NCBI RefSeq assembly: GCF_037042905.1
Contig: NC_087245.1
Coordinates: 29,080,001 to 29,144,000, forward strand
Reading direction: 5' to 3'
Source: Lytechinus pictus
Taxonomy: Eukaryota
DNA: 64,000 bases
Made by a program: the position numbers and the translations under genes. The notes beneath the pieces are model-generated. The model saw only the letters and a list, made by a program, of their open reading frames with translations, was not told where the DNA came from and did not search any database. Positions 28,062 through 40,029 of the stretch are shown here, one piece after another. How positions within the stretch are numbered: position 1 is the first letter of the stretch; every line of letters starts with the position of its first letter.

Positions 28062-28563
28062 CAGGTAAACTCATTATTGTATCGGCTTGGCTAACAGCTT
28101 GTACCTCGTTCCTTGTATAGTTAAAAACTGTACCAGACATAACACTTCCAAGCCCCGTCGAATCCGGGGAGTTGTATATAGTATTGGACGCCAATTCTCC
28201 AGGCCTGAACTCATTTTCACTGGGGTGCCCAGACTGTTCGTCAACATTCAGGGTCCGATATAACTCCATCATAAATTGAGGTGCAGAATGGTTCTGGCCA
28301 CCCCGAAGGGACGGGGGCCTAGGCCGATGCTGAAGGCCTAAAATGTTCAGAATTTCTTGCTGGATTTCATTCCTCTCCCACGTACTCATATGGGGCGACG
28401 GGTTGTAATTCGCCGCCCGTCGCTCCCGGGCCAAACCGAGTTGGTCCTCGTCCTCGGAGTAGAAAACATCCCAACTTAGCCCTGGTCCAAAAAGGAGACT
28501 CAGGACTAAAACGTACTTCGTCATTGTGTTTAAATCCAAGTAAATTTTCCTGGAGTAATCCAT
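28062..28563 (-). CDS. BMP5-8: BMP5-8 (BMP5/6/7/8 / 60A class TGF-beta ligand) coding exon 1: signal peptide plus N-terminal prodomain
   Basis: Translation MDYSRKIYLDLNTMTKYVLVLSLLFGPGLSW...WERNEIQQEILNILGLQHRPRP...NHSAPQFMMELYRTL...QADTIMSLP. It matches the BMP7-type prodomain motifs ([38 protein letters not shown]) and my recollection of sea urchin DVR-1/BMP5-8. The exon ends CCT G|GTAAGT (phase-1 donor at 28061). In-frame ATGs also lie at 28590, 28569 and 28524. Confidence 0.93.
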
Positions 28564-28590
28564 AGTCATCACTGAAGGGAAAATGAGCAT

Positions 28591-29350
28591 ATTCCTGAAT
28601 ATGGAGGGGTTTCAAGCTGGAGCACGGGCATGTGCGTCCTTTCAAGTTTGCGTTTAGGACGAGCTATTCCACGAACTTGGCTTTATTCGTTTGCAGGCGA
28701 CACTGTCCGATAATAGAAGAGTGGATTAGCAGTGTTGTCGAGTTTGACTCGCGCGAAAATCGCCGAGGCTAAACTCTTCTTAAAACCTCACCTATCACGC
28801 AACCAGGGGCATTTCTAAGGATTCTCCCCTACTCCTAAGTCACTTGTCACTCTTCTTTTATCTCTTCTTTTCTGCTTGATTACACTAGCTTGTTTTCTTC
28901 ACAACTTTTTTTTTAAAGACAAAATGCTCCGCAGCACTCGGAGTGACAAAAAGCGAAAGCCACACTTGCTAAGTCCATGCTTCACCCAACTATTCCTTTC
29001 TACGAAGTGTCGCTATCCTCCACCCGCGAAACGCACTCACCCCTATTCAACCCTAAAACTCTCTGGCCTTTTATCCTATACCTCTCCCGTGTCATGTAAA
29101 AAAAGGATCTCCAATTTGAATAGAAATGACCTGAAAAGGCTCGCGGATAAAGTCGGTTTTGGTAGTTTATATAACAACTTCTTACGAAGCCATAGCGATG
29201 TGAATTCCCGTGTCGCCTTTTCACAGCACTACTATTACCTCTCTTTTATTATACCCCCTTCCTGTAATACACGGATTCTGACTTTTCTCCAAAGTCTAAT
29301 CCGTGAAAAGGACGAAAATGGATGGTGGGGGGGGGGGGGCAAGAGGGGTG
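28591..29350 (-). promoter_or_regulatory. Putative BMP5-8 5' UTR / proximal promoter
   Basis: CpG-containing non-repetitive DNA directly upstream of exon 1. TATA-like GATAAAA (~29069-29075) and TATAATAAAA (~29244-29253) on the minus strand. The TSS cannot be determined from sequence. Confidence 0.35.
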
Positions 29351-30787
29351 GGTCTGCTCTTTAAATGTGAGCAGTCATGTACGGTTTATCTGTTTTCGAT
29401 TTCTGTTTCATGGAATTTTTTAAAGTTGTGTGACCGGAAACCATCTTGCATTTCCTCGGAAAAATAAATCCATATATGGTGACTGTAGTCAAATAATTTT
29501 CATAGCTTCCATGGCGGTGTTATGTACATGTCTTTATTATTATGCAATGAGCAAGTTGTTTCATATTTCCATTTATTATTTTGTATTTTTTCATGAAAGT
29601 ATTTATACCGGTATTCATTTTTTTTCACCCAAGAATGTGCACAAAAATAGATTTTACTATTGATTTAATGATTAAGACTGTCACTGCTGTAACTTATTGT
29701 GTTCCAAGGGGACATATTATACATACATTTGTAAAACTATGAAATAATTATTTTATGTATTAACAAAAGAATAAGGAACGTGGGAAAATGATATCACCAG
29801 TCCATCTTTTGCTTATTCGTGACGGCATGCATATAACTGTTTTCACAAATTATTGCAAAATTCTGAAAATTCAATAATTTCTTTATTTATAATCAGATTT
29901 TGATAACATTTTCAGTTCCGCGTTTTGCTTTATAGTGAATTTTACTAGTACCCCTTTAAACAGACACCCGAATTAGTGTATCCTGAAACTGACATGAACA
30001 AAAACCTTTGCCACAAAAATCTATTACTGCAATCTTTTGAGATTAACCGTGTTAATTGATCGCCTCATTTCATTTGCGACATCCTGGTTCATTCATAAAT
30101 TTCGTTTATTTTTTGTGATAGGTAACAATAGAAGTAATATAGGGATATGGTCTTCTGTCTATCTATCTATTTACCTTGTAATTGGTGTCTTTAAAATATC
30201 AACGCTTTCATGCCAGCACCCTATCGGCCGTCAATGACTCACATCACTATACTATATACTAATATTGCTGCTCAATTTCCTGACGTTTACGGACACCTGA
30301 TGGTGGTAAGGCTCGGGTGAGTATCAATATTACCTGCGTGGTAATATCAAATCAATGAAAGTTGCAGACGATACATCTCCGCTCTCTAATTGGCTGAGCA
30401 GACGATTTCCTGGTGGCGCGCGCTCGAATTTTGAGTTGTAAGAAAATGTTTTGGAGAGCCCTTTACCGCCGTGGGAATTAGCATGGATGATCTGTTTATG
30501 TTGTAAGCAATGTGTTCGGATGATCATTGACCTGCTACTGATGAATGGTTAATTCAGTGTAGTGTATTGTGAAGAAACAGAAATAGGTTGTTTTCAGAAT
30601 TCTTTAACGATTAAAAGAAAGCAGTCTACACGGTCTCGGCCTGTAGGCTTACCAATCAAATATGATGATTTTGGTGACGCCCCTTTCATTGGGAGGTCTT
30701 GAGTGCTAAAGAGGGTTCACGATTAACATAAACAGTTTAAAGCAGTTAAAAGATGATAAAGATATTGAGGACAATGCGTAAGCATAA

Positions 30788-30900
30788 TGAGGAGAAGGAG
30801 AAGGGGAAGAAGAAGAAGAAGGAGGAGGAGGGGGAGGAGAAGAAGAGGAGAATGAGAAGCAAAATAAAAGAAGGAACGGACTGAGAGGAGAGAAGGTGCA
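30788..30900 (+). repeat. (GAA/GGA)n purine tract
   Basis: Direct observation. Confidence 0.8.
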
Positions 30901-32247
30901 AAAAAGAGAGTATGTCGAAAAAATACAATTCTGACATTGCCATTCAAAACTTGACGAATGCCACTACACATGATGAATGAGGACAAGTCCAAACCAATTT
31001 GACCTTTTTGGTTTCCCCTGTATTTCTTTTTATTTATTTTTTTCATTTGATGAGGTAAATTAACATGTTTTGGGGTAAAATATTAAATGAAATGCGCTCA
31101 TCTTTAGCGATGGTTAATTTAATTATGACATTTCAAAATAAGATATGCTAATAGGACCATTTCATGCTTTCTATTTACCCAATGGAGTTATATCTGTTTT
31201 TTGTGGGGGTGGGGGAGCGGGGCAGCAAAAATTATATAGATGCATAGGGTGAGGGTCTATTGTATCGTGCAACTGGCTGACTGGTGATATTACTATTTTA
31301 TTTTTTCATAAACACATGTACACGTTGATATTAATAATGCGTGCAGCATTTTTTATGCAAGATAAAAGAGCAAGTATGTGTGTAAAATGCATTGCTCAAG
31401 GGCTAGGGCACCTCGGTAATATTGGCCAAATCCATAATTTGTCTTCATAATCTCGAGGTCACTCTAAAAAGGTTTAAAGATTTATGTTCGTCCTAACTAC
31501 AATAACATACATTCTTCAATGAAACCGAGAGAAAGCAAACGACGATGATGAAGAGAGAGGGACAGAGAGAGGGGGAGTGGAGAGGTGGGGGTAGGGGAGG
31601 GGTACCTATTAAAAATGAATAAACAACCCTGAAAATGAAATGCTGCGTCCCTAGCACTCAATATGGCAGCAAATGGGTTCTTTTGATGTGATTCCTGACT
31701 AAAATCGTACTAATAAATCTAGATCTCAATCCAACATCGATGTACCTCAAACCCACGCTCTATCGTCAACGCTCTCGCTGGGGGTAAACCCGACGAGCGC
31801 AATGCTGGAATGGTCGGTAGTCGACGATGATAGATAGGTAGTTATGATTGATCCAGAAACTTCTCTTTTTTTTGTCGTCCCGTTCCATTCCCCGCCTTTG
31901 TTTGCCCGATGAAAGCCGACAAAATATGCGGAATTCCTCACGAAATCCCGACCATCATCGGCACAGTAACAAGCCGTGTCGGTTATTCATCGTAGACGTT
32001 CAGGCAAAGTATGAAGACGAAATGCTTTAGTTGTAACATTAAGAGTGACGTATTGCCAAAGGATCACCATAATGTGGTTTCTACAAGAAAATAGCTGATA
32101 GCATCTAGGAAAAAACACCTTAGGTAATTAAGAGCCCCTCCCCAACAATGACATCACAAAAAATCTAATGAGAGCTAATGTCATCCATTTAAAATTTTAG
32201 TAGAAAATTTAAGATTAATAAGTATATTATTTGTCATTGCTCATTAA

Positions 32248-32853
32248 AGGTCAAGTCCACCCCAGAAAATGTTGATTTGAATAAATAGAGAAAATCAAAA
32301 CTAGCACAACACTGAAAATTTCATCGAAATCGGATGTAAAATAAGAAAGTTATGACATTTTAAAGTTTCGTTTATTTTTCATAAAACAGTGATATGCACA
32401 ACTGGGTGACATGCAAATGAGATAGTCGATGATATCACTCACTCACTATTTCTTTTGTTTTTTATTATTTGAATTATACAATATTTCATTTTATTTTTTA
32501 CAAATTTGACAATAAGGACCGACTTGACTAAATCAGATAGTAGTAAACAATGCTAATTCCACATGTTCAGGGAGGAATTAATCATTGTTTCACTTGGCAA
32601 TGAGGAGAAAATTAAATTATTTCATATTTCATATAATAAAATACAAAAGAAATAGTGACTGGAAGATGTCATCAGTCTCCTCATTTGCATACAGACCAGG
32701 ATGTGCATATAACTGTTTTGTGAAATTAAGCGAAACTTTAAAATGTCATAACGTCCTTATTTTACATCCGATTTTGATGAAATTTTAGTGTTATGTTTGT
32801 TGGATTTTTTTCTTTGTATTCAAATAAAATTTTTGTTGGATTGGACTTGTCCT
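32248..32853. mobile_element. TTAA-flanked non-autonomous DNA transposon (Kolobok-like)
   Basis: ttaa|AGGTCAAGTCCA ... TGGACTTGTCCT|ttaa; long subterminal inverted repeats (AAAATTTCATCGAAATCGGATGTAAAATAAG / CTTATTTTACATCCGATTTTGATGAAATTTT). Confidence 0.8.
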
Positions 32854-33424
32854 TTAAAGTCAATGTTAGGCCTCTTTTTGCGCAATCAAATACCTATGGG
32901 ACACATGGATATTTCGTCATTAATGGCAACACCATTTTAGAAACGAAATATTTTCCATTCTTAATTCAAAATAAAGTGACGTTATTGATGGGTGTTTTGA
33001 CACCATTATGCCATGAACCTGTTCCGAAACCAGTAGCGACTTGTAAATAAAAGTCACTGATAGGGGTAATTTAGGTGAAAATAACGTGATAAATACGAGA
33101 CAATGCAAGGTTTATGACTGGGTACACAATTGACAGCACAGGTATCTCAGCATAAGAAGATAACCACGACTCCGTAAAAGTTTGAGTGTTTTTTTTTAAC
33201 TTTCAAATGTGGTAAAGAAAAGTTTCGAACTCGTTTGGCTGCAGTTGCAGTTATGTTAAATTTGAATTAAAGTGTGTGAATAGGTAAACAATTCACTAAC
33301 ACAGCAAGCACAAAATGTATTATGTTACCGAAAGGTTATGGAATCAATTTTTAAAATGTCAAAATGTATGGTCTTTTAATTATCAAGAATTTTTTTTTCA
33401 TTCATACTTTGTTCAATAATGAAA

Positions 33425-33655
33425 CACTGCAAAAACACTGGTGTTAATTCAACACCAGCCCGAAATCTATATATGTCCACACCAGAGAATTATTCAAACA
33501 ACACCAGTTTGGAATCAAACCGATGCTGTTTTAATACTACTTGGTGTTGAATACACACCTATCTGGTGTTAGACCAAACCAAACTGGTGTTGTTTAACAC
33601 TTCTTTGGTGTGGAGATTCCGGACTGGTGTTAATCAACACCAGCGTTTTGCAGTG
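33425..33655. mobile_element. CACTG-terminal palindromic MITE
   Basis: CACTGCAAAAACACTGGTGTT ... AACACCAGCGTTTTGCAGTG; nearly the whole element is an imperfect inverted repeat. Confidence 0.8.
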
Positions 33656-33990
33656 TAAGATATTAAGAGTGTTGGGTTTCTTTGCTGTTGTTGTAGTTGC
33701 TGTTGTTATTTTCTTGGAAAATATAACATTTTTTTCAAAACATTACTTTTATTATCAAAGATGATGTTTGAAAATGTTCATCTTAAACATTTCGTACTAA
33801 ACATTATAAAGGTATTAAATACGGGAAATATAGGCCTATACATTGAAATACTCTAAACCCTATATATAATATCAATACAAGACAAACCTTTTAGAAATGC
33901 TTGTGTAAAAAAAAACATTTTGCGTAGCTGGCAATCGTCGATCTTTATGTTGTGAATTTGTAATTTTTCTTGTAAAAGCAATTATCTGAC

Positions 33991-34210
33991 CACTCTAAAA
34001 AAGGTTTACTCAATATTGGGTAAAATGGGAACATGCATGTTGGTTGGGTAAAAAGATTCCAAAGGTTTTGTAAATTTTACGCAATGTTGCGTTGAAATTT
34101 ACCCTTGAAACATGCATTTTGCCAAATATGGGGTAAAAAATACCCAGCAAACATGCATGTTTCCTTTTTACCCAATATTGGGTAAAATTCTACTCAGTGT
34201 TTTTAAAGTG
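33991..34210. mobile_element. 220-bp CACT-terminal MITE, copy 1
   Basis: CACTCTAAAAAAGGTTTACTCAATATTGGGTAAAATGGGAACATGCATG...TTTTTAAAGTG; near-identical to 38381-38600. Confidence 0.85.
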
Positions 34211-35916
34211 TCCAAATATTTTTACGATGCTGTGTATATGGGAATTTTGGAAGGGGGAGTCGTCATGATTTATTCCAGACCTTCATTATTTTTATAAACA
34301 TGATAAACATCGTTATATTCCTGATATAACCTTCATATCAATACTACTATTGCATGTAATAACCTCATCAGGGATGAAAACTTACTTGCAATTCAGTTAT
34401 AACTTTAATGCCTATTTTATGTAGGCCTAATAAGGAACAAAATCTACAGGACCCTTGCTAGTGTGGCCGTACTGTTTGACATGACTTTCTCACAATTTTT
34501 GTCAAGCTTTTCATGATTAACATCACCCTTCCGTTGCCCCCGCCCACAAGATATAAAACATAAGCATTCAGTTTCTTTTTTGTCTTACGGGGGCTGCACC
34601 CTGTCAATAACTGTCAAGAAAATAATTGTTCATCTCTTTTTCTTTTCATTTCATCTGTCTGTGGTGGTTCATCCGCGAACTAACTGAACAACAACTACAA
34701 CAAAAAAGTCTGAGTCTTTCCCGAGCTGGGTGGTTTAGTCACGCGGGACGGAGCTGGAGTTCCTCCCCACGAGCTCCCGCTGGGATACAGAAGGTGCACA
34801 GACCTCTGTCAGGGCATGCCCAGTAGGCCTTATTTTGAAGAAAACGGACAGGCACGGAGGGGTGATGGGTTGGTGTGTGTGGGAGCTTGAACCATTAGTC
34901 AGACAGTCATTATAAACGGTTTTCTCTATTAAAACAAGAATTGTTCGATGAGAAATAGTTACAGTTCTTAGCTCATGCTGAGTGATCGACAAGTGACCCA
35001 GTTTTGTTTATTTTGCCATTTGATTTTGCATCATAAGTCCATGCAGACATTTGAATGTAATATGACCATGATGATGTTATTCTTTTTTATTCTTGGAATT
35101 ATAACAAGAAATATAAGGGATGCATGATCCATTTAGTGTGAAATCAGGAAGTATAATCATGCAATATTTACTCCATGCAGGCTGAACAAATATGATCCAA
35201 ACAGATAAAGTAAAATGAGACAAACAAACAACTGAAAAATAATCAAACAATCAATACTAAAAAAATTATAAAATGTTAAATTTTGGTATTATTTTAAATT
35301 CTATGCATGTCTTTGTGAATACACAATGAGGAAGCAGATAGTGACTTATCTCCACAAATTTTCTTTTATATTTTATTATATGAAATTATATTTATTCAAA
35401 TTTAGTCCCAAGAATAAAATAAAAATGGATTGACAACTGATTTAACGTGTACGATAATCACTGGGGAACTTTATTTTGTTACAAGGGAGGCATATCTAAA
35501 ATAAATATCATTCCATGTAATAGCATAGAAGAGGAAAGTGATGGGGACATCACATCTTTATCCCACCTAATTAATATTTATGATAGCGTGGACTGTTAAA
35601 ATCACTGTTTACACAAAATGTTACTAAACTTTGTAATTTAGTAACACCCTTATCAGTTTCAGATGAATTTTCAGCGTTTTGCTCAGTGAATTCAACTCTT
35701 TATGTTAATTTTACTCTTTATGTTTTGCTCAGTGAATTTTACTTATTATTTTGACCCCAGTGTACCCCTTTCAGGCCGGTTCGTTTACTTAGTATATAAA
35801 GGAACGATTGGATTGCCTATTTGAGGTAAACGCTGATTTCCAGTATAATGAGATATTTCCTAATCATTTCATCACATCATTCATGACCTAATCACCGATA
35901 TCAGCCGTATAACATT

Positions 35917-36437
35917 GGCTGCGTTTATCCGACCTCAAGCCAGAATCGTGATTTGAATCATGATTGGAATCATGATTCAAATCACAAACATGAATCACAA
36001 TTACTACAGAATCAGGGTTTAGACGACCTTCGTTCCAACGCTGTTTCTCCTCGGATTCGGACCGATCCAGTGCGCATCACAGTGCGCAGTTTGACCCAGG
36101 AAGTATAGGTCAACGTTGGACACTTAATTGGAGGTCGGCGACGTACATGTGATGTGACAACGTGGGGCGCGCGCCTTGGCAAGAACCGGAAATAGCTCGA
36201 CACAATGACGTCATATAATCATGATTCAAATCACGATATCGTTTATCCGAACATTTTCGTACGTGATTCTGCAGAAACGTCTTTCCAAACGCCCTTTTTT
36301 TCGTAGTTCATGTTTGTGATTCTAATCATGATTATATTCAATTTCGACTAAACGCAATCGTGATTCTGCAGAATCGTGATTTGAATCATGATTGGAATCA
36401 TGATTATAGGGTAAAAAAGTGGCGGATAAACGCACCC
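35917..36437. mobile_element. PIF/Harbinger-like MITE
   Basis: att|GGCTGCGTTTATCCG ... CGGATAAACGCACCC|att (3-bp TSD); internal AATCATGATT / AATCGTGATT palindromes. Confidence 0.8.
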
Positions 36438-36609
36438 ATTTGAAACAATGACTTAGCAAATGTGCTTTAATTTATGAGCAAATCAATGAGTCAGATATCT
36501 CGACCTTAGATTTTACGCTGATATTATTCAGGGGCAATTTCCTCTCTTCGCCAAAATGGTAAATAAAAATAACGTTATAGGCCTATTATTCAAATTCGAA
36601 TTCACTTTA

Positions 36610-36960
36610 TTCACATCCATTAAAAAGGTATGAAAATGCAGCTATGGGTCTGTATGGGCAATACTGAATGAGTGATTACTCTTATTGCGCGTTTTTGAAT
36701 TATTATATTTTTTTGTAATGAATAAGATGCAGTGTTTCCCCACATTATATGGCAATATGTTAGGAAAGGCAAGATCATTGTATTATATAAATTAGTGAGA
36801 ATATAAGGTGGCAATGTGAATTCAAGTCTATTCATAACACCAACAGCACATGGCATTTTATTATTATGATTTTTCATTAGTGTGATCTTTCCACGTATAA
36901 AGATTAAAATTATAAATCTGAAAACTAAGGAATTTAAAGAAGTTACCTTATCTATTTATT
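36610..36960 (-). mobile_element. Decayed LINE (CR1/L2-type) reverse transcriptase C-terminal fragment
   Basis: Peptide ...LYNTMILPFLTYCHIMWGNT...IQKRAIRVIT is typical of the post-RT region of CR1/L2 ORF2. Upstream degenerate IDKVTS...TWKDH; frame broken. Confidence 0.75.
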
Positions 36961-38380
36961 GCTATTGATATATAATTTAATCAAATCTTCATTAATTTTC
37001 CTGATGTGATGGCACATTGTATGACTGTGTAAGTGACATAATAAGCAAACAGACGTGGCCTATGGGGCCATACTTCTAAAAAGCTGTCAGCGAGCGAAGC
37101 GAGCGGGCAAAATTTTGACATTTTTAGTAAAAGAAAATTTTTGTGACAGTCACTGACAGGATTTTACATATCATTTGAAAAATTATATTATATTTCCCTT
37201 TTTTTTCTTATTTTCCTATTTTCCTTGTTTATTAAAACTTCTAGCTCCCCCATCGGTACGCCAGTGCAATGAAACTAATTATTCCAATTCTTTCTTGTCT
37301 TACAACTAACGTTACCCTTTAAAACTCTACACGAATGGATCGGACGTATCGCTTTATCGTCCCATTACTGTCAGACATCTGTTCATCAACTCGCCCAGCA
37401 ATGCGCTCGAATTTGACGTGACACCGGAAATTTTTTGTCATCGACGCAACCCCATAGTCTAGGGCTACAAACTTCGACAAAACGCCCTTTTACATGTTAT
37501 AGGTGGTGTACAGATGGGGGCGGAGACCTTCAGGCGGACACCACCTTCTAAGGTGAAATATGTAATTTATTCTTATTACAAATATTACCACATCATTAGA
37601 TTTTCATACAATAAAATGCCCCCAAAGAAAAATGCACGCTCGCTTCGTCCTCTCGCGACTGTTTAGAACTTTTCCCACATCCGATAGCTCATTACATCAC
37701 CGAGAGGGAGGGCGGGTGGGAGGGTGACTGAGGGGGTGTTGAGGAAGGGGAGTGGGTGTGGAAGGGATGGACACGTGGCAAACATTTCATGGTTTGCTGA
37801 ATTTTCCTAAAACCTTTGTTGTTATCAAAATAGACATACACTGTAGCCCTTTAATATGAACCATCCCAGATTGACTGAATTCATCCAATACCTCCATCTC
37901 ACTTACCATATACAATTCAATTTCCAGAAAACATTACTGTCCTATAAAGAAAACGTGAACCTGTTCAGTTACACAATTTCATGAATTTAAAGGGTAATGA
38001 GGTAACAAAGTGTAAGAAAGTTTGTAAAAAAAAACTTTACATATTTCTATGGCTGGATGCAAATGAGACATTCCCAAAAATAATATCGTTTTCTTCAAAT
38101 CACAATTTCCTTTACATGTCAGCCTGAATCACATCAGTTGAATCTTTCTTCTTCACAAGTGAGCTTTTTATATTTCCTTATTTTGCTAACACTCATCCTG
38201 GCTACGGTGTGAAATGAAATGATCGCGTGACACCTCCCAACAAAATGGCTGCGATGGGGTATTACGAGTGACCACGTGACATCCGGTGCATCATTTCCAT
38301 AGCTTGGACAATGCCAAACGGTGCATCGTGATTCAGTCCATAACAAACGTGTTACGAGCCCGGCGAGTCTCTCGAATCAA

Positions 38381-38600
38381 CACTCTAAAAAGGTTTACCC
38401 AATATTGGGTAAAATGGGAACATGCATGTTGGTTGGGTAAAAAGATACCAAATATTTTGAAAATTTTACGCAAAGTTGCGTTGAAATTTACCCTTGAAAC
38501 ATACATTTGCCCAATATTGGGTAAAAAAAATACCCAGCAAACATGAATGTTCCCTTTCTACCCAATGTTGGGTAAAATTTTACTCAGTGTTTTTAGAGTG
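38381..38600. mobile_element. 220-bp CACT-terminal MITE, copy 2
   Basis: aa|CACTCTAAAAA...TTTTTAGAGTG|aa (2-bp TSD); same orientation and length as 33991-34210. Confidence 0.85.
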
Positions 38601-38816
38601 AACTCATTATTTGGTTACGCTTATCATATTGGTTGTATGACTTTTGTGTGGTAGAATAATTCGTAGAAAGGACTTTTCGTTCTCGACCGCCCCCCCCCCC
38701 TTCCCCTCCCTCAACACAGATACACACCCTTTAGTAACACATTCAGTCGTTAGTAAAGGTGGCAAGATCTCCTCTACCATTTCTGCTTATCAGGGATTCA
38801 CGTTATTATCCTCTAA

Positions 38817-39132
38817 GGGCCTTTTCACACGTGAATCTTGAATCATCATTGTAATGATGATTGCAATTCGTCTTTTGAATCATCGGACCTTTCACACGGA
38901 AAATTCGTACCGTAATTTGAGTGAAACTTAAATGGCCACCCTTTCACACGGTAAAAAAAAAAATCGTAATTATTTTGAATGATGATTCCAGTGCAAAATA
39001 AGGCTAATGACGAATATCTAGCACGTGTGAAACCAAACTAGAACATGATTAGAATCACGAGCGCTAATCACAGTCACGATTACAAATGGCAATCATCTAA
39101 CAATGATTCAAGATTCACGTGTGAAAAGGCCC
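38817..39132. mobile_element. Harbinger-like MITE with 30-bp perfect TIR
   Basis: GGGCCTTTTCACACGTGAATCTTGAATCAT / ATGATTCAAGATTCACGTGTGAAAAGGCCC; TSD not clean (taa / att). Confidence 0.8.
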
Positions 39133-40029
39133 ATTAATTCACCTCCAGAGTAGAATTTAAATTCGTGATTATGATTAGCGTTCGTAATTCTAGTTTGGTT
39201 TCACACGTATTACGGCGAGTCGAAAACATCCGTTTTATTAATTTTTATTCAAGCCTTATATATGTCACAATTACAAAAAATGTTAAAACGGTTGTTTTCG
39301 ACTCGTCGTACGGCCGCCGTAGAGCAAATGTGACTGAGGTATATTTTATGTATATAAACTTAATCTAGAACTACCATAATGTGATTACAATAATTGTACT
39401 GATTGAGAATTTCCTATATGAAATCAACGTTTGTGGCAACTATATAAGGCCTATCTTTGAAATTCATCAAGACACAATGTGTTACGGAAAAAAAAGTTTG
39501 CGAAACATTTAACGCAAGCATTGTTTCTGGCATCATTTTTTTTTTTTTATAAATCATGAATGGATGACAGAAATCGACATGACCCTAAAGATGCAAGATT
39601 TCAAATAAACACAGACATCCACTTCTACAGCACGGCGGACCCGCGACCTGTTTAAAAGCATCATAGTTTACATTGTTTAGTTGGGTTTTTTTAACACATG
39701 CAGTTAATGATCATTTGGAGGGACTGAAAATAACGAGCAATGTCTACAGTTAATGCTGAATATCCTGTGACAATATTTCCCATTCATCTCCAAATCATAT
39801 ATCATAATTTTAGAATACCGCAATGATTACGCGTTTGTCGTTCATTACAGTACACAAGTCTACCATACACCATCTGAACATAGCGAGTCTGAGATTAATG
39901 AAGGCCGATGTGCAGGGGACACACCCTTCTCCTCGATCGCTCCTAACAGCTGTGCTATTATTGCATGGGAGTGGAAAGCTCCATTTTCGCCCGAAAATAA
40001 GAACATGATAAGACAACACTACAAACATC

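Noticed and set aside
28876..29364. 162-aa plus-strand ORF divergent from BMP5-8
   Set aside because: TTG start, no recognisable domain, low-complexity end; probably a chance ORF in promoter DNA.
34340..34385. CTGATGAG (minus strand) as a possible hammerhead ribozyme core
   Set aside because: No stem II followed by GAAA and no NUH cleavage site in the right geometry; other CTGATGA hits I checked failed likewise.
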